From IMG/VR virus record IMGVR_UViG_2529292828_000009: a stretch of DNA of 64,000 nucleotides, one strand, 5' to 3'. The position numbers and the translations under genes were made by a program. Shown piece by piece: positions 50,900 to 62,134 of this stretch. Under the pieces are notes generated by a model. That model was not told the DNA's origin, did not search any database, and saw only the letters and a program-made list of their open reading frames with translations. The stretch comes from a virus (taxonomy: Duplodnaviria; Heunggongvirae; Uroviricota; Caudoviricetes). Each line of letters begins with the position of its first letter. Within the stretch, counting starts at the first letter, position 1.

Positions 50900-51157
50900 A
50901 TGCCAGAAATAGATAGGCAGGGAGGTTTGGCTTTCTACATGTACTTTTTCGATACGGGAAAACATCATGTTCCTCATGTACATGTAAAATTTGGCGAATA
51001 TGAATTGGTTTTAAGTATAGCGGATGCCCAAGAACTCGCAGGATACTTACCCGATAAATGGAGAAATAAAGCAAGAAAACATGTATTAACAAATAAACAG
51101 AAACTTAAGAAAATGTGGGTTCTCGCCGTGAATGGAAAACAGCCAGGAACTATCTGA
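50900..51157 (+). CDS. DUF4160-family protein
   Basis: MPEIDRQGGLAFYMYFFDTGKHHVPHVHV N-terminal signature. Confidence 0.6.
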   Translation: MPEIDRQGGLAFYMYFFDTGKHHVPHVHVKFGEYELVLSIADAQELAGYLPDKWRNKARKHVLTNKQKLKKMWVLAVNGKQPGTI

Positions 51158-51170
51158 AGAGGAGAGATTT

Positions 51171-51671
51171 ATGAGCAGAATTATAGACTTAGATATTATT
51201 GATGATTTTACTTTGCAGTTAACCTATGAAAGTGGTTTGTCTGGAAAATTTAACTTCTTTAAATATCGTGATTGCGAAGTTTTTAATAATCCTAAAAAAT
51301 TCCAGAAATTTGCTTTGCTACCTACTGGTGATCTCGAATGGTTAGGGGGCGAACGAGTTACTTCCTTAGAACTGTTAGATAAACTTGTTAATATAAGCTC
51401 TACTGAAAAGAGTAATATTTCAGGCACCACCGACATACTCATGATGGCGTTTCAAGATGCTGTTCGTGAAAATAGACCACAGATTATTCAGGCAGCTTTG
51501 CGAGCTATGCTTGATAAGCATGGTGTAGCAAATGTTGCAAATATGACAAATGGAAGTAGAACAAGTATTTATAAGTCCCTAAGCGAAAATACTAATGTAT
51601 CTATGTCTACTGTTATTAACCTTGCTCATAGTGTTATGGAAATTGAGAAAAAAGAAAAAGAAATATATTAA
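51171..51671 (+). CDS. DUF2442-like domain fused to a C-terminal HTH (antidote-like) domain
   Basis: MSRIIDLDIIDDFTLQLTYESG start after an AGGAGAG RBS; C-terminal LRAMLDKHGVANVANMTNGSRTSIYKSL HTH. Confidence 0.5.
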   Translation: MSRIIDLDIIDDFTLQLTYESGLSGKFNFFKYRDCEVFNNPKKFQKFALLPTGDLEWLGGERVTSLELLDKLVNISSTEKSNISGTTDILMMAFQDAVRENRPQIIQAALRAMLDKHGVANVANMTNGSRTSIYKSLSENTNVSMSTVINLAHSVMEIEKKEKEIY

Positions 51672-52013
51672 TCCCCCATTTTAAGAACGAGGATTGTACA
51701 CCCACCTGATTCAATAGCATTCTCTTAATTCGTTTATATGCCCTTGTCCTCATGATAGAATTGAGTACAGAATAGCTTCTCCAAAAAGGAAAATAATGCG
51801 GATAATTATAGCATTTTTAATTTATTCCCTGCGAGTTAAATACCTTTACTATTATAAGATAAAAACCCAAGCATTAGCATAACTTCATTTCATACATCAC
51901 ATCCCCTCACATTTTCTTCATTACATGTTGACATGAAATAAATTTACTTATAATTATATAATATCAATAAGTAATATAGGGCATTTTAACACACACATAT
52001 AAAAGGAGTTTAT

Positions 52014-52418
52014 ATGGAAGATATAAAAAACAAAGAAGACATTTCACCATCTACAGAAGTCAGGCTCTTCACCCCCACCATGAAAAAAACTTCTAAAGTG
52101 CATCCCAACGAGCGGAGATTACACTGTGTCAGTGTCCGATTAAATAAAAAAGAGTTAGAGAAGATTGAAGAACTCAGGGGTCGTTACCGTAGGGGAGAAT
52201 GGCTGCGTATGGTGTCGTTAAGCAAACTTCCTCCATTGATCCCAGAGATAAACAAGGATGTCTGGATCATGTTGGGGGAAATATCGCAGAAACTTAATCG
52301 TCTGATAGTACATCTGGATTCTAAAACCAGTGACAGCCCTCTGACTAAGACAGAAGCTTATGCAGTCAAAAAACAACTTCATGAGCTTCGTTTAAGCCTG
52401 ATAACTTCTCGTCCATAA
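52014..52418 (+). CDS. MobC-like relaxosome accessory protein
   Basis: 134 aa basic protein immediately upstream of the relaxase; RRLHCVSVRLNKKELEKIEELR. Confidence 0.5.
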   Translation: MEDIKNKEDISPSTEVRLFTPTMKKTSKVHPNERRLHCVSVRLNKKELEKIEELRGRYRRGEWLRMVSLSKLPPLIPEINKDVWIMLGEISQKLNRLIVHLDSKTSDSPLTKTEAYAVKKQLHELRLSLITSRP

Positions 52419-52430
52419 AAATTTCTAATT

Positions 52431-53621
<1,191 letters not shown>

Positions 53622-53845
53622 ACAGCTAGTTGTAAACACCTTTCGTAACCTAACTCAATTGCTTAGTAATAAATTTGTGTTTAGTCAAGAAAATATTGAT
53701 CGTTATTACAGATCGATAATCTAGTTATGATAGACAATAACTATCAAGTAACAATCATCGATCGGTACAAGCAATTTTACTAAAGCGAGTCGGTCATCGA
53801 GAATCTCTGTAAACGCACCATTTAATCTGCAACCCTGGGGTTGAT

Positions 53846-54118
53846 ATGAAAGACGAAACAATAAAGTGCCCGTTCTGCTTTACACAAAGTCCTCATGGTG
53901 TGCGGATTTGCAAAGGGTGTCATGCAAAGGTTGCTTACGGTGAAAGCCCGCTCAGTGTGGCATTCCTGTTTCAATTCGTGGCATTTGGTCTCGCGTGGTT
54001 AGCATTTTCGTGGACCGACAGCACTCTTGTATCAGTCATTACGTTTTTCGTAAGCATCATTATTCTTATCTATAAAATCAAAAGAATGTATGCAGACAGA
54101 GTTGTTTTTATACGGTGA
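53846..54118 (+). CDS. Small membrane protein: N-terminal zinc ribbon + two TM helices
   Basis: CPFC...CKGC followed by two hydrophobic helices. Confidence 0.45.
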   Translation: MKDETIKCPFCFTQSPHGVRICKGCHAKVAYGESPLSVAFLFQFVAFGLAWLAFSWTDSTLVSVITFFVSIIILIYKIKRMYADRVVFIR

Positions 54119-54159
54119 AATTAATTTCACACAATCGCAAACATAAAATGAGAAAGTAA

Positions 54160-54546
54160 ATGAACCGATTTATAACGTCCTCTTTTTTTATTATTGTCTT
54201 CCTGCTTTCTGGCTGTTCAACATCAGGGAACCAGAACCTTAAAAACGAAACACCACAAAGCCTCCAGTCAAAGATCATTAAAAACAAAACAACTAAGACG
54301 GAATTACTCTCTAAGTTAGGTGAGCCTGATACAAGAACCACACTCGATGACGGAAATGAGCAGTGGAAATATTTCATGACTAACAATCAGTTCAGTGCAA
54401 CGACTTTCATTCCAGTTGTGGGGCTGTTTACTGGCGGTTCCCAAACTCAGTCTAAAACTCTTGAAATCGACTTCAAGGGAGAGACTGTAAGTAAATGGAC
54501 TTTTTCCTCTGACAATAACAACACCAAAACTGGAATTCTTAATTAA
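54160..54546 (+). CDS. Predicted lipoprotein
   Basis: Signal peptide with lipobox LLSGC. Confidence 0.5.
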   Translation: MNRFITSSFFIIVFLLSGCSTSGNQNLKNETPQSLQSKIIKNKTTKTELLSKLGEPDTRTTLDDGNEQWKYFMTNNQFSATTFIPVVGLFTGGSQTQSKTLEIDFKGETVSKWTFSSDNNNTKTGILN

Positions 54547-54553
54547 TTGTTTT

Positions 54554-54880
54554 TTGGATAAGAAAATGAAAATATACTCAATTATCACAGTTATCATTAC
54601 CACCTTCCTTCTAACCGCATGTAACAATGAACCATCGCAAGACGATATATACAATGTTTTCAAAAGTGTTGTAGATAGAACAAATACAAGTATGAAAGCT
54701 CTTGATTCAAGAGTTACAGAAAAAGATCTTTTAAGAATCGATTACGTGAAGAAAGTTAGTTGCACAGAAGAAGCAAACAATGTTTATAACTGCATTGTCG
54801 ATGCCTCTATTAGTAATATGAAACAAACAAAACCAGTAAAACTAATCAAATCTGATGGTGTCTGGAAAGAAGTTCAGTAG
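54554..54880 (+). CDS. Predicted lipoprotein
   Basis: Signal peptide with lipobox LLTAC. Confidence 0.5.
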   Translation: MDKKMKIYSIITVIITTFLLTACNNEPSQDDIYNVFKSVVDRTNTSMKALDSRVTEKDLLRIDYVKKVSCTEEANNVYNCIVDASISNMKQTKPVKLIKSDGVWKEVQ

Positions 54881-54930
54881 TAGCCTATATCAAGAAGTCT
54901 TTTAGCCCCTGCACAGGGGCTTTTTATTGC

Positions 54931-55365
54931 CTATAACCTGACGGTTCTTACGCGAACGTCATAGGTTAACTCTTTCTCAATTACTTTCATTTCATATTGT
55001 GCTTTGACAGTAGCAGAGATTTCTTCTGCTTTTTCTTGATTATTATCGATGTAATTAACAAGCGAGTTTAGCTCCCTGATAACAGCATCCTTATTGTTTA
55101 ATCTTTGTAGTAGATTGCTTGTAAGACTTTTGTATACCGAGCTAAACATAGTCATTATGTTATCAATATTACGATTGGATTTGGAATAAATCCTTTCAGG
55201 GTAGAAATACTTCAAATGGTATCCCACAAAAATTAAGTAAAGCTGGTATGAGAAACTTTTATCACCTGGCTGGTATCGTTTTGAGATATATTTATCGACG
55301 ATAATGATAAGTTGCTCTTCCAGAGTAAACTCTGGATAGATAATGTTTTTGTCCATAAAATGCAT
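54931..55365 (-). CDS. Hypothetical protein
   Basis: 144 aa ORF, AT-rich codon usage, no motif recognised. Confidence 0.35.
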   Translation of the reverse strand: MHFMDKNIIYPEFTLEEQLIIIVDKYISKRYQPGDKSFSYQLYLIFVGYHLKYFYPERIYSKSNRNIDNIMTMFSSVYKSLTSNLLQRLNNKDAVIRELNSLVNYIDNNQEKAEEISATVKAQYEMKVIEKELTYDVRVRTVRL

Positions 55366-55452
55366 CCTTGCATTAGTTAAATAGTCTTCCTGACCATATA
55401 TTTATATTTATCGCATTTATTAAACTTGTCAATAGGTGTAACCTATCAAATA

Positions 55453-55839
55453 TTATTTTTTATTAAATGGCCTATTCAACTGTTCCATAGTAAGACCGTG
55501 TCTATAAGCATTATACTGCCAATAGCTAAATTGCTCTTTGTATCTATTGTTCTGTTTTTTCAACATTTCGTTTTCGGCTTTAAGGTTTATTATTTGTTGT
55601 GCCGCAATAGTTAAGTTAGCTGGTTTCTTTAGACCAGATTTTTTCAAATTGGACAAACTTTTCTTTATTCTATATGCTTCAACAACTTCATCATGAGCAC
55701 TTAAAGATTGCCTTGTGATAGTTCTGTTTAGATTCTTATACACTGATTCACATAAATCACTCCATGTGATTTTACCGTCCCAAGTCAGTATAATGTGTTT
55801 AATTGCTTTTATTTCACTCCTGTTCAAATGTTTTGCCAT
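55453..55839 (-). CDS. Small basic protein downstream of the recombinase array (TnpC-like by size and position)
   Basis: 128 aa, 14 bp after the 624-aa recombinase gene. Confidence 0.4.
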   Translation of the reverse strand: MAKHLNRSEIKAIKHIILTWDGKITWSDLCESVYKNLNRTITRQSLSAHDEVVEAYRIKKSLSNLKKSGLKKPANLTIAAQQIINLKAENEMLKKQNNRYKEQFSYWQYNAYRHGLTMEQLNRPFNKK

Positions 55840-55853
55840 AAGTATCTCCTGTT

Positions 55854-57728
55854 TTAATTATTCAAAAGCTTATTAATTCTTTCCAAATTTTTTTCATGGT
55901 GTTGCAACCATTTGTCTGCACCATAATCACCATTTTCATAAGCGATCTGAGTTATTCTCTTTAATTGCATTACTTTCTCTCGGACAGATTGCAGTCTAAT
56001 TCTATCTACTGAGTTAATGTCCGGTGTTTCATTATCACATTCAATAAGATGATTAATTTTTGCACAAGGCTTGATTAAATAGTTATGTACACAGTAACCA
56101 AATTCAGTTAAGTGTATTGCACCTTGATTAAGGTTATCAAAATCAATTGTCAGTTCATTTGTGGGTATTGACTCCCTTTGACAGTAATTACTCCTATTCA
56201 ATTTAATAGCTTTGATTTTATCTAACATATCTTCTTCCGACACATGGTTATAAACTCTGTTCTGATTCGCATTGATACGACCAGACCATTTAGCTATATC
56301 CAGTTCAGACATTTCACCATAATGGGCTATTGTGTTTAAAAGGTGCCGTGGCTGGTGTGAGCGAATAAGTAGTGGTTTACCTTCATCATCATAATATCCA
56401 TATCGGGAAAATATATTTTTATAATTCATCTCATAGCTTTTTTTTCTTTGTATGTCACTGAAAAAGAAACTTTTAGTAGGCTTATAAAATGTGAAAATTG
56501 AAGTCATTCTTGATAAAGAAAATTGATCAGTATTGAGCAAGCATAAAGCATTACTAAATTTTATGGATTTTTCTTTATCATACCATGGAAAGTCTCTGCT
56601 AAAATTAGAACTAATAATTTCCCACAAATCACTCAATGAATAGTTGTAATCATTGTGGTTTAAGAAGCTTTTCCCACCATCCAAACTCGTTCTTTTAATT
56701 TTTAAAACACATGATTTATGATCAAATAAATGATATCCCAGTGCATGGCAAACTTGTACAACGGTCAATTTAGCTTTTTCATCAACTGTTGGGCAAAGCT
56801 CATGTCGGTAAAATTTATCCGGGTACTTTTCGCACCAGTGAGCAAGTGCTCTTGCATTTTGTGATAAGGAAAGTAATCTTCTAATCGCTTTCTTTGCAAC
56901 TGGTATCATAACCCGTGGAATCCATTTGATATTAGGGCCATACCCTTTTACCGAATAAAATCTCAAACCATATCTTTCGATACCCTTGCCATCTATTTGT
57001 GTAATCTCACAATCAGCAGGTAAGGCTAAAATTTCAGAAATTCTGCTCGGACAACAAAGTAGAAGTGCAAATACTGAACTGGTGAACTTATCCCTTGGAC
57101 TCAGTAACTCATCATTTTGAGAAAAAATATCAGCAATAGCGAGCAATGCTTCTTCATCTGGTAACTTATCGCTTCGGTGATAATCCTCAATCTCAGGAAG
57201 ATAATTGTTTTTGACTTTCTGTTTTACATGGTTTTTCCATGAGATATATCCTGACTTCACAAGATTATGTTCACACAGAAACTTTGATATTTTTTCAAGC
57301 TGTATTCCACATTTAGCCAAAACGTTACCTTCAAAATATTTACTCCCGATCTGCATTGCCTCATCGAAAACAACGGCTGTAACATTATAAATGAGACCAG
57401 TGTTCTGAACCTGCAAAAGGGCCTGTTCGAGACATCGCAAGGCCATCATAATAACCCCATAATTTTTCAATGGTTTCAATGTGTGTTGATATCTGATATA
57501 TGCTTTCGCAAAATTGATATAATCTTCGTGCATTGCATCAATGGAATCAAAGATTTTATTTCCAATCCCTATTTTTCTAAATGTGACATATCCTTTCCAG
57601 GCATACTGCTCCCAATCCTGAGTTTGGGTTAGTCCGGACAGTTGATAGCGACAAAATTTTATGAACTCATTATAATTTTCTTCTACAAGAATATGTTTTT
57701 TTGATTTGAACAAAATAATATTATTCAT
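55854..57728 (-). CDS. Tyrosine recombinase-like protein, third of three (624 aa)
   Basis: C-terminal SHQPRHLLNT ... NQNRVYNHV pattern; ATGA overlap with upstream gene. Confidence 0.5.
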   Translation of the reverse strand: MNNIILFKSKKHILVEENYNEFIKFCRYQLSGLTQTQDWEQYAWKGYVTFRKIGIGNKIFDSIDAMHEDYINFAKAYIRYQHTLKPLKNYGVIMMALRCLEQALLQVQNTGLIYNVTAVVFDEAMQIGSKYFEGNVLAKCGIQLEKISKFLCEHNLVKSGYISWKNHVKQKVKNNYLPEIEDYHRSDKLPDEEALLAIADIFSQNDELLSPRDKFTSSVFALLLCCPSRISEILALPADCEITQIDGKGIERYGLRFYSVKGYGPNIKWIPRVMIPVAKKAIRRLLSLSQNARALAHWCEKYPDKFYRHELCPTVDEKAKLTVVQVCHALGYHLFDHKSCVLKIKRTSLDGGKSFLNHNDYNYSLSDLWEIISSNFSRDFPWYDKEKSIKFSNALCLLNTDQFSLSRMTSIFTFYKPTKSFFFSDIQRKKSYEMNYKNIFSRYGYYDDEGKPLLIRSHQPRHLLNTIAHYGEMSELDIAKWSGRINANQNRVYNHVSEEDMLDKIKAIKLNRSNYCQRESIPTNELTIDFDNLNQGAIHLTEFGYCVHNYLIKPCAKINHLIECDNETPDINSVDRIRLQSVREKVMQLKRITQIAYENGDYGADKWLQHHEKNLERINKLLNN

Positions 57729-59029
57729 AGTTGATTCACCTCACTGCGATCAATCGGAATAAAAAACATACATTGATTGCAAGGAAATCCTGAATTCTGA
57801 CTCTGGCATCTACTTGAAGAAAAAAATTTGAAATGACTACTCTTTTTCGATTTGATTCCGTTCATAAAAATATCAGCGACAAATGACAATTGTTCTGAAA
57901 CAGCGGAATCAATCCTTTCAACACTGTCAGCATGATTTTTAATATAAATCCCCGCACTTGAAGTAGATGAATGATCCAATAATTCAGCTATAGTATTAAC
58001 ATTATGCCCATTCTTAGCCAGCATAGTTGCTATTGTATAACGAAGCCTACGAGGAGTAATATTTAGTATCGAACCGGTACGGTTGGATATTACATTCCCA
58101 TTATTAACAATACTTTTCAATGCTACATTAGCAATTGTAGGCTTCGCATATAATTTATTATATTCCAGAAGAATTGAACCTGTTATGGATAAATCTGAGA
58201 GTTTTTCCTCATTTAAGAAAATAGGAACTTCTCGTTTAGAATAATCATCAAGAGTTTTTCCAAGAGCTTGTTCAACAAGTTTCACTGATTGATTAGCTTG
58301 CAATTGAACAATTGATGCAACCTCTGATATTATTGCAAGTTCTCGATATCGTAGTTCTTTACCCCGTTGTTTTACTCGTGGCACTGAAATTACATATTCT
58401 ACTTTGCCATTATCTAAGTTCTTTTGAAGAAGGTCTTTATATTTCAACATAACTAACTGCTGAGGTCTTCTACCTGTAAGACTGATCAATAGTGATATTG
58501 CATAATGTGGCAGTGACAGTTCACCTTTTCTATATGCATGATTCATAGCCTTAATCAAAGAAGTATGTTCTTCTTTATTTAATGGTCCCTCTGTTGGATC
58601 ATCTTGAAGCACAGACTGACCAGATTTTTTTATTTTTAGGTCCAAATGCTTTAACAGTTCTACCGCACTTTCATCTATTCCCGGATATCCTAACTCAAAC
58701 CATTTAATCAAAAATGGTCGTAAAACGCGAAATGATGCTGGGGCTTTTGATAATTTCTTATTTTGATATTCAATTAGAACCTTATCATCAATATGAGTAG
58801 GAGATAGTTTACGGATAAGACTCTCCATATTTCTAACAATATTTTTCACATACAAATAGCTGTTGCTATTAAAATAATATTGTACTGTATATACAAACCC
58901 ACAAACCAAATTTTCGTTCATAGCATATATTAAGTTTGTAAGATTGATTCCGTTATTTTCAATCGAACTGACGACTTTATGTTCATGCAAAGACATTTTA
59001 TCAGATTTATTTTTAATTAAATTATTCAT
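57725..59029 (-). CDS. Tyrosine recombinase, second of three
   Basis: LTGRRPQQL ... RRLRYTIATMLAKNGHNVNTIAELLDHSSTSSAGIYIKN; start MNNLIKNK overlapping upstream stop by 8 nt. Confidence 0.6.
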   Translation of the reverse strand: MNNLIKNKSDKMSLHEHKVVSSIENNGINLTNLIYAMNENLVCGFVYTVQYYFNSNSYLYVKNIVRNMESLIRKLSPTHIDDKVLIEYQNKKLSKAPASFRVLRPFLIKWFELGYPGIDESAVELLKHLDLKIKKSGQSVLQDDPTEGPLNKEEHTSLIKAMNHAYRKGELSLPHYAISLLISLTGRRPQQLVMLKYKDLLQKNLDNGKVEYVISVPRVKQRGKELRYRELAIISEVASIVQLQANQSVKLVEQALGKTLDDYSKREVPIFLNEEKLSDLSITGSILLEYNKLYAKPTIANVALKSIVNNGNVISNRTGSILNITPRRLRYTIATMLAKNGHNVNTIAELLDHSSTSSAGIYIKNHADSVERIDSAVSEQLSFVADIFMNGIKSKKSSHFKFFSSSRCQSQNSGFPCNQCMFFIPIDRSEVNQL

Positions 59030-60224
59030 CAAATTCTCCTTTGAATAGTTGCTCTTGTTGTTCAAGTGCAGTTTTTTTCGATAGCTCATAAATATGCCTG
59101 CGATTATAAATCATTGAAGTTTCTGAACCCGGTCGCCATCCCATGAGATAAGAACGGATTTGTTGCTCTTTTTCATCGGATATGTCCTGATTCTTGTCTA
59201 TTGCTTTCGAAAACTCATAATTCCATGTATGTCTGAGTTTGTGACCTGTCAATCCCCCTAGAAGTGAGGAGGATTGACGAACAACACTCACCACTTTGTG
59301 ATATGAAGAAAATGAAATAGGTTGCCCTTGAGTTTTTCCTTCCTTATAAGTAATAAACAGGAAATCATGTTTGTTAGAATTTTTTATGTTTCTTCGATCA
59401 TTCAGAATATAATCTGAAATTTCAAACATGAGCTTTTTATCAGCAATTAATTTCCTCTCACAAGTTTTAACTAAAGGCTGATACACTCGCGGATCTGTTT
59501 TATCATTTGCTCTTCTTCTTATTGCAATTGTCGATTCTGCAAAATCTATATCACCAATTCGCAGATTCAAAAGTTCACCTGCTCTCAGGCCAAAGCAGTG
59601 TAATAGCAGGAATATTAGATTGTTTCTTTTTTGCACTTTTTCTGAAAAAGGATTTAATTTGCTACCCGGTGCAAGAATGCTAAACAAAGAATCCAATTGT
59701 TCATTATTTAAACTTTTTTCTATATCCATATTATATTTATCATTATTTCTCGGTTTCTTTCGTTTTATGTTGTTAATGAAATCTAAAATATATTTGAGAG
59801 TATCCTTCTGTCCTGTATGAGAAAGATGTATTTTGCACAGCCATTCCAGATAGTTAGCTATGGTTGTTATCCGAAAGTACTTAGTTGGTTTTTTGACATT
59901 TGAACTTCTAAAATTATCATTCTCGCCATCTCGAAAATTGAATGAAGTGAATTCGATCAAATCTTCAATTTCATGAGGAGCCAGAAATATCCTTTTCTGA
60001 ATTCTTTCATCAATATTGATCTCTTTCCTCATAAAGAATCGATATAACAATGAAATGCTACCGGCAATAACCTTCATTGTTGATATAGACTCTGACCGAT
60101 TCCTGACCTGTGTTGTTATATACAAGTTAGGATAATACAATGGTTCACCAGTATTTTTATTTACGATATGACAATATCTCTCACCATTTTCGAACATAAA
60201 AGAATCCACACAAATACTACGCAT
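59022..60224 (-). CDS. Tyrosine recombinase, first of three
   Basis: GLRAGELLNLRIGDID ... GHKLRHTWNYEFS ... MIY catalytic-domain pattern. Confidence 0.6.
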   Translation of the reverse strand: MRSICVDSFMFENGERYCHIVNKNTGEPLYYPNLYITTQVRNRSESISTMKVIAGSISLLYRFFMRKEINIDERIQKRIFLAPHEIEDLIEFTSFNFRDGENDNFRSSNVKKPTKYFRITTIANYLEWLCKIHLSHTGQKDTLKYILDFINNIKRKKPRNNDKYNMDIEKSLNNEQLDSLFSILAPGSKLNPFSEKVQKRNNLIFLLLHCFGLRAGELLNLRIGDIDFAESTIAIRRRANDKTDPRVYQPLVKTCERKLIADKKLMFEISDYILNDRRNIKNSNKHDFLFITYKEGKTQGQPISFSSYHKVVSVVRQSSSLLGGLTGHKLRHTWNYEFSKAIDKNQDISDEKEQQIRSYLMGWRPGSETSMIYNRRHIYELSKKTALEQQEQLFKGEFDE

Positions 60225-60519
60225 ATTTTCCTCCTAAACTTTACAAAAAGTATAATTCCAATATATTAATAATAAGCATTTCGTAGATTTACAAATTTAT
60301 TTGAATTGATTAAGCCATTTAGTTAAATTAAAACAGTGAGATAGATGTTTATTCCTGTCAAATTATCATCTGGTAGATCTAGTTATTATTATGTACACCT
60401 AATACCTCGAAAACTATCTCACTGCCTTGCTAATAAACGATCATAAAAATAATGTAAGTTATTCTGTAAAGTTTTAAGCAAAAATATACAGCCAAACTTT
60501 ACATTTTCATAAATATTTA

Positions 60520-60819
60520 TTAATCCAACAGATATAGAATTATCCGCTTCGCCAAGAGTTTCATTTCATCAGGGCATTTAATTAGCGAGAACCAGGTCTC
60601 GTAAACATATATCTGTTTGGAAGCATTAAGCTCAGAGATCGAGTCTAAAGGTTCTCTCAAATTTCCTACAAGGTACTGACTGAGCCAGTAAATTATTTCT
60701 TTATTAAACTCGTTATTGGGTAAGTCATAAATCACTTCTTGGTCAAAGATCTTGTAAAACCGATCTCCGCATAAATTGCACATATGGTTATCCTCACTCA
60801 CAAATTCTTCGATATTCAT
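60520..60819 (-). CDS. Hypothetical protein
   Basis: 99 aa ORF downstream of the AlpA-like gene. Confidence 0.35.
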   Translation of the reverse strand: MNIEEFVSEDNHMCNLCGDRFYKIFDQEVIYDLPNNEFNKEIIYWLSQYLVGNLREPLDSISELNASKQIYVYETWFSLIKCPDEMKLLAKRIILYLLD

Positions 60820-60840
60820 AAAAATCTCTCCCAGGTTTAA

Positions 60841-61047
60841 TTAAGCAACATTAATTCTGCTTGATTCGATAACTGATTGAATCCACTCGTCAACTTCACT
60901 CTCGACAAAAGCAACGGCACGAACACCGATCTTAACGGGGGCCGGAAACCGACCTTCACTGATCAGACGATAAATCCAGGCCTTGCCGAAACCAGTTCGT
61001 TTCAAGACTTCTGGTAAACGAATTAAGCTTTGATTAGTTGTACTCAT
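60841..61047 (-). CDS. AlpA-family regulator / excisionase-like
   Basis: LIRLPEVLKRTGFGKAWIYRLISEGRFPAPVKIG HTH. Confidence 0.7.
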   Translation of the reverse strand: MSTTNQSLIRLPEVLKRTGFGKAWIYRLISEGRFPAPVKIGVRAVAFVESEVDEWIQSVIESSRINVA

Positions 61048-61213
61048 TTGGCTGTCTCCTCCGCTTCCGTTACGAAGATATTAGCCACACAGATTCGTAT
61101 CTATGAAGGGAATGCTGATAACTGAAAAGTTAGATGAGGGAAGAATGAAAGGAAATTCCGGGGAAGAAAAATATTTACGCCCTCCCCTTGACAATTAACA
61201 TGATGATTTACAA

Positions 61214-62044
61214 CTAGAAAGATCCGAGTTCCGAAATCGGTATGTTGCGGAGATGGCTGTTTTTGCTGATAAAATATTCCAGACTACGGGTTGTTTCGCC
61301 ATTCAATGACTTCTCTGCAACAGGCCTGTCTGTATCTTTAATGTGATCTTCTCCTCTGATCTCATTTGTAAAGTCGGGATACAAGACACGAGACAAGACC
61401 ATATTTGAGATTTTTACTTTTTTAAACTTTGCCCAAATCAATAAATCCATCATTGGGATAATATTGTAATCGACAAGTTTTCTTATTTTTGCAAGTCCAA
61501 TTTTTTCTGTTTTCACTGGCTCAATTTCATATTCTTTTCTAAGATCTGGTAGCATCGTTTGTAAGGCTGTTATAATTTCTTCATCGCTGGACATTCCTAA
61601 ATCAAATGAAACATACATCTTGCTGCTATTTTGGTTAAGAAAAAAGTCCCTCATAGTTTTTGTAATTGGCTTCTTTTTCAACTCTTTTTTGAAATCGCCA
61701 TTTTCTTCAAAAAAATCCATGCTAAACATTATTAACTTGTTCTCTAATTTTTTTATATCACCAAAGCTAACCTGCGCAACATGTCTTTGGCCCTTGCCAA
61801 AATGACCATGATTATTATCTTGTATGCTTAAAATAGGATTACCTTCAAGGATAGACCTTAAATTTTGATTATCATCTTCCCAACCAAAATTTACACTGTC
61901 GAAAATCGCTTCTCTAAAGGCAAGCTCTGTATGCAGTTCTTTGATTGTAAGTGATTTTAACTGCTCATAGTTTTCGAGACTAAACCAGCTTTTTAATTCT
62001 TCATAAGGGCTTACTACTTTCATTAATCCCTCCACTGTATTCAA
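61214..62044 (-). CDS. Hypothetical protein adjacent to the integrase
   Basis: 276 aa ORF, no motif recognised. Confidence 0.4.
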   Translation of the reverse strand: MNTVEGLMKVVSPYEELKSWFSLENYEQLKSLTIKELHTELAFREAIFDSVNFGWEDDNQNLRSILEGNPILSIQDNNHGHFGKGQRHVAQVSFGDIKKLENKLIMFSMDFFEENGDFKKELKKKPITKTMRDFFLNQNSSKMYVSFDLGMSSDEEIITALQTMLPDLRKEYEIEPVKTEKIGLAKIRKLVDYNIIPMMDLLIWAKFKKVKISNMVLSRVLYPDFTNEIRGEDHIKDTDRPVAEKSLNGETTRSLEYFISKNSHLRNIPISELGSF

Positions 62045-62134
62045 AGCTTGAATGAGTTAACACTGCTTATTTGAATTAATTCTCCCTTAACAAGGTTGAT
62101 AAGGGAGAACGATTAATTAACTACTTATTCATAG

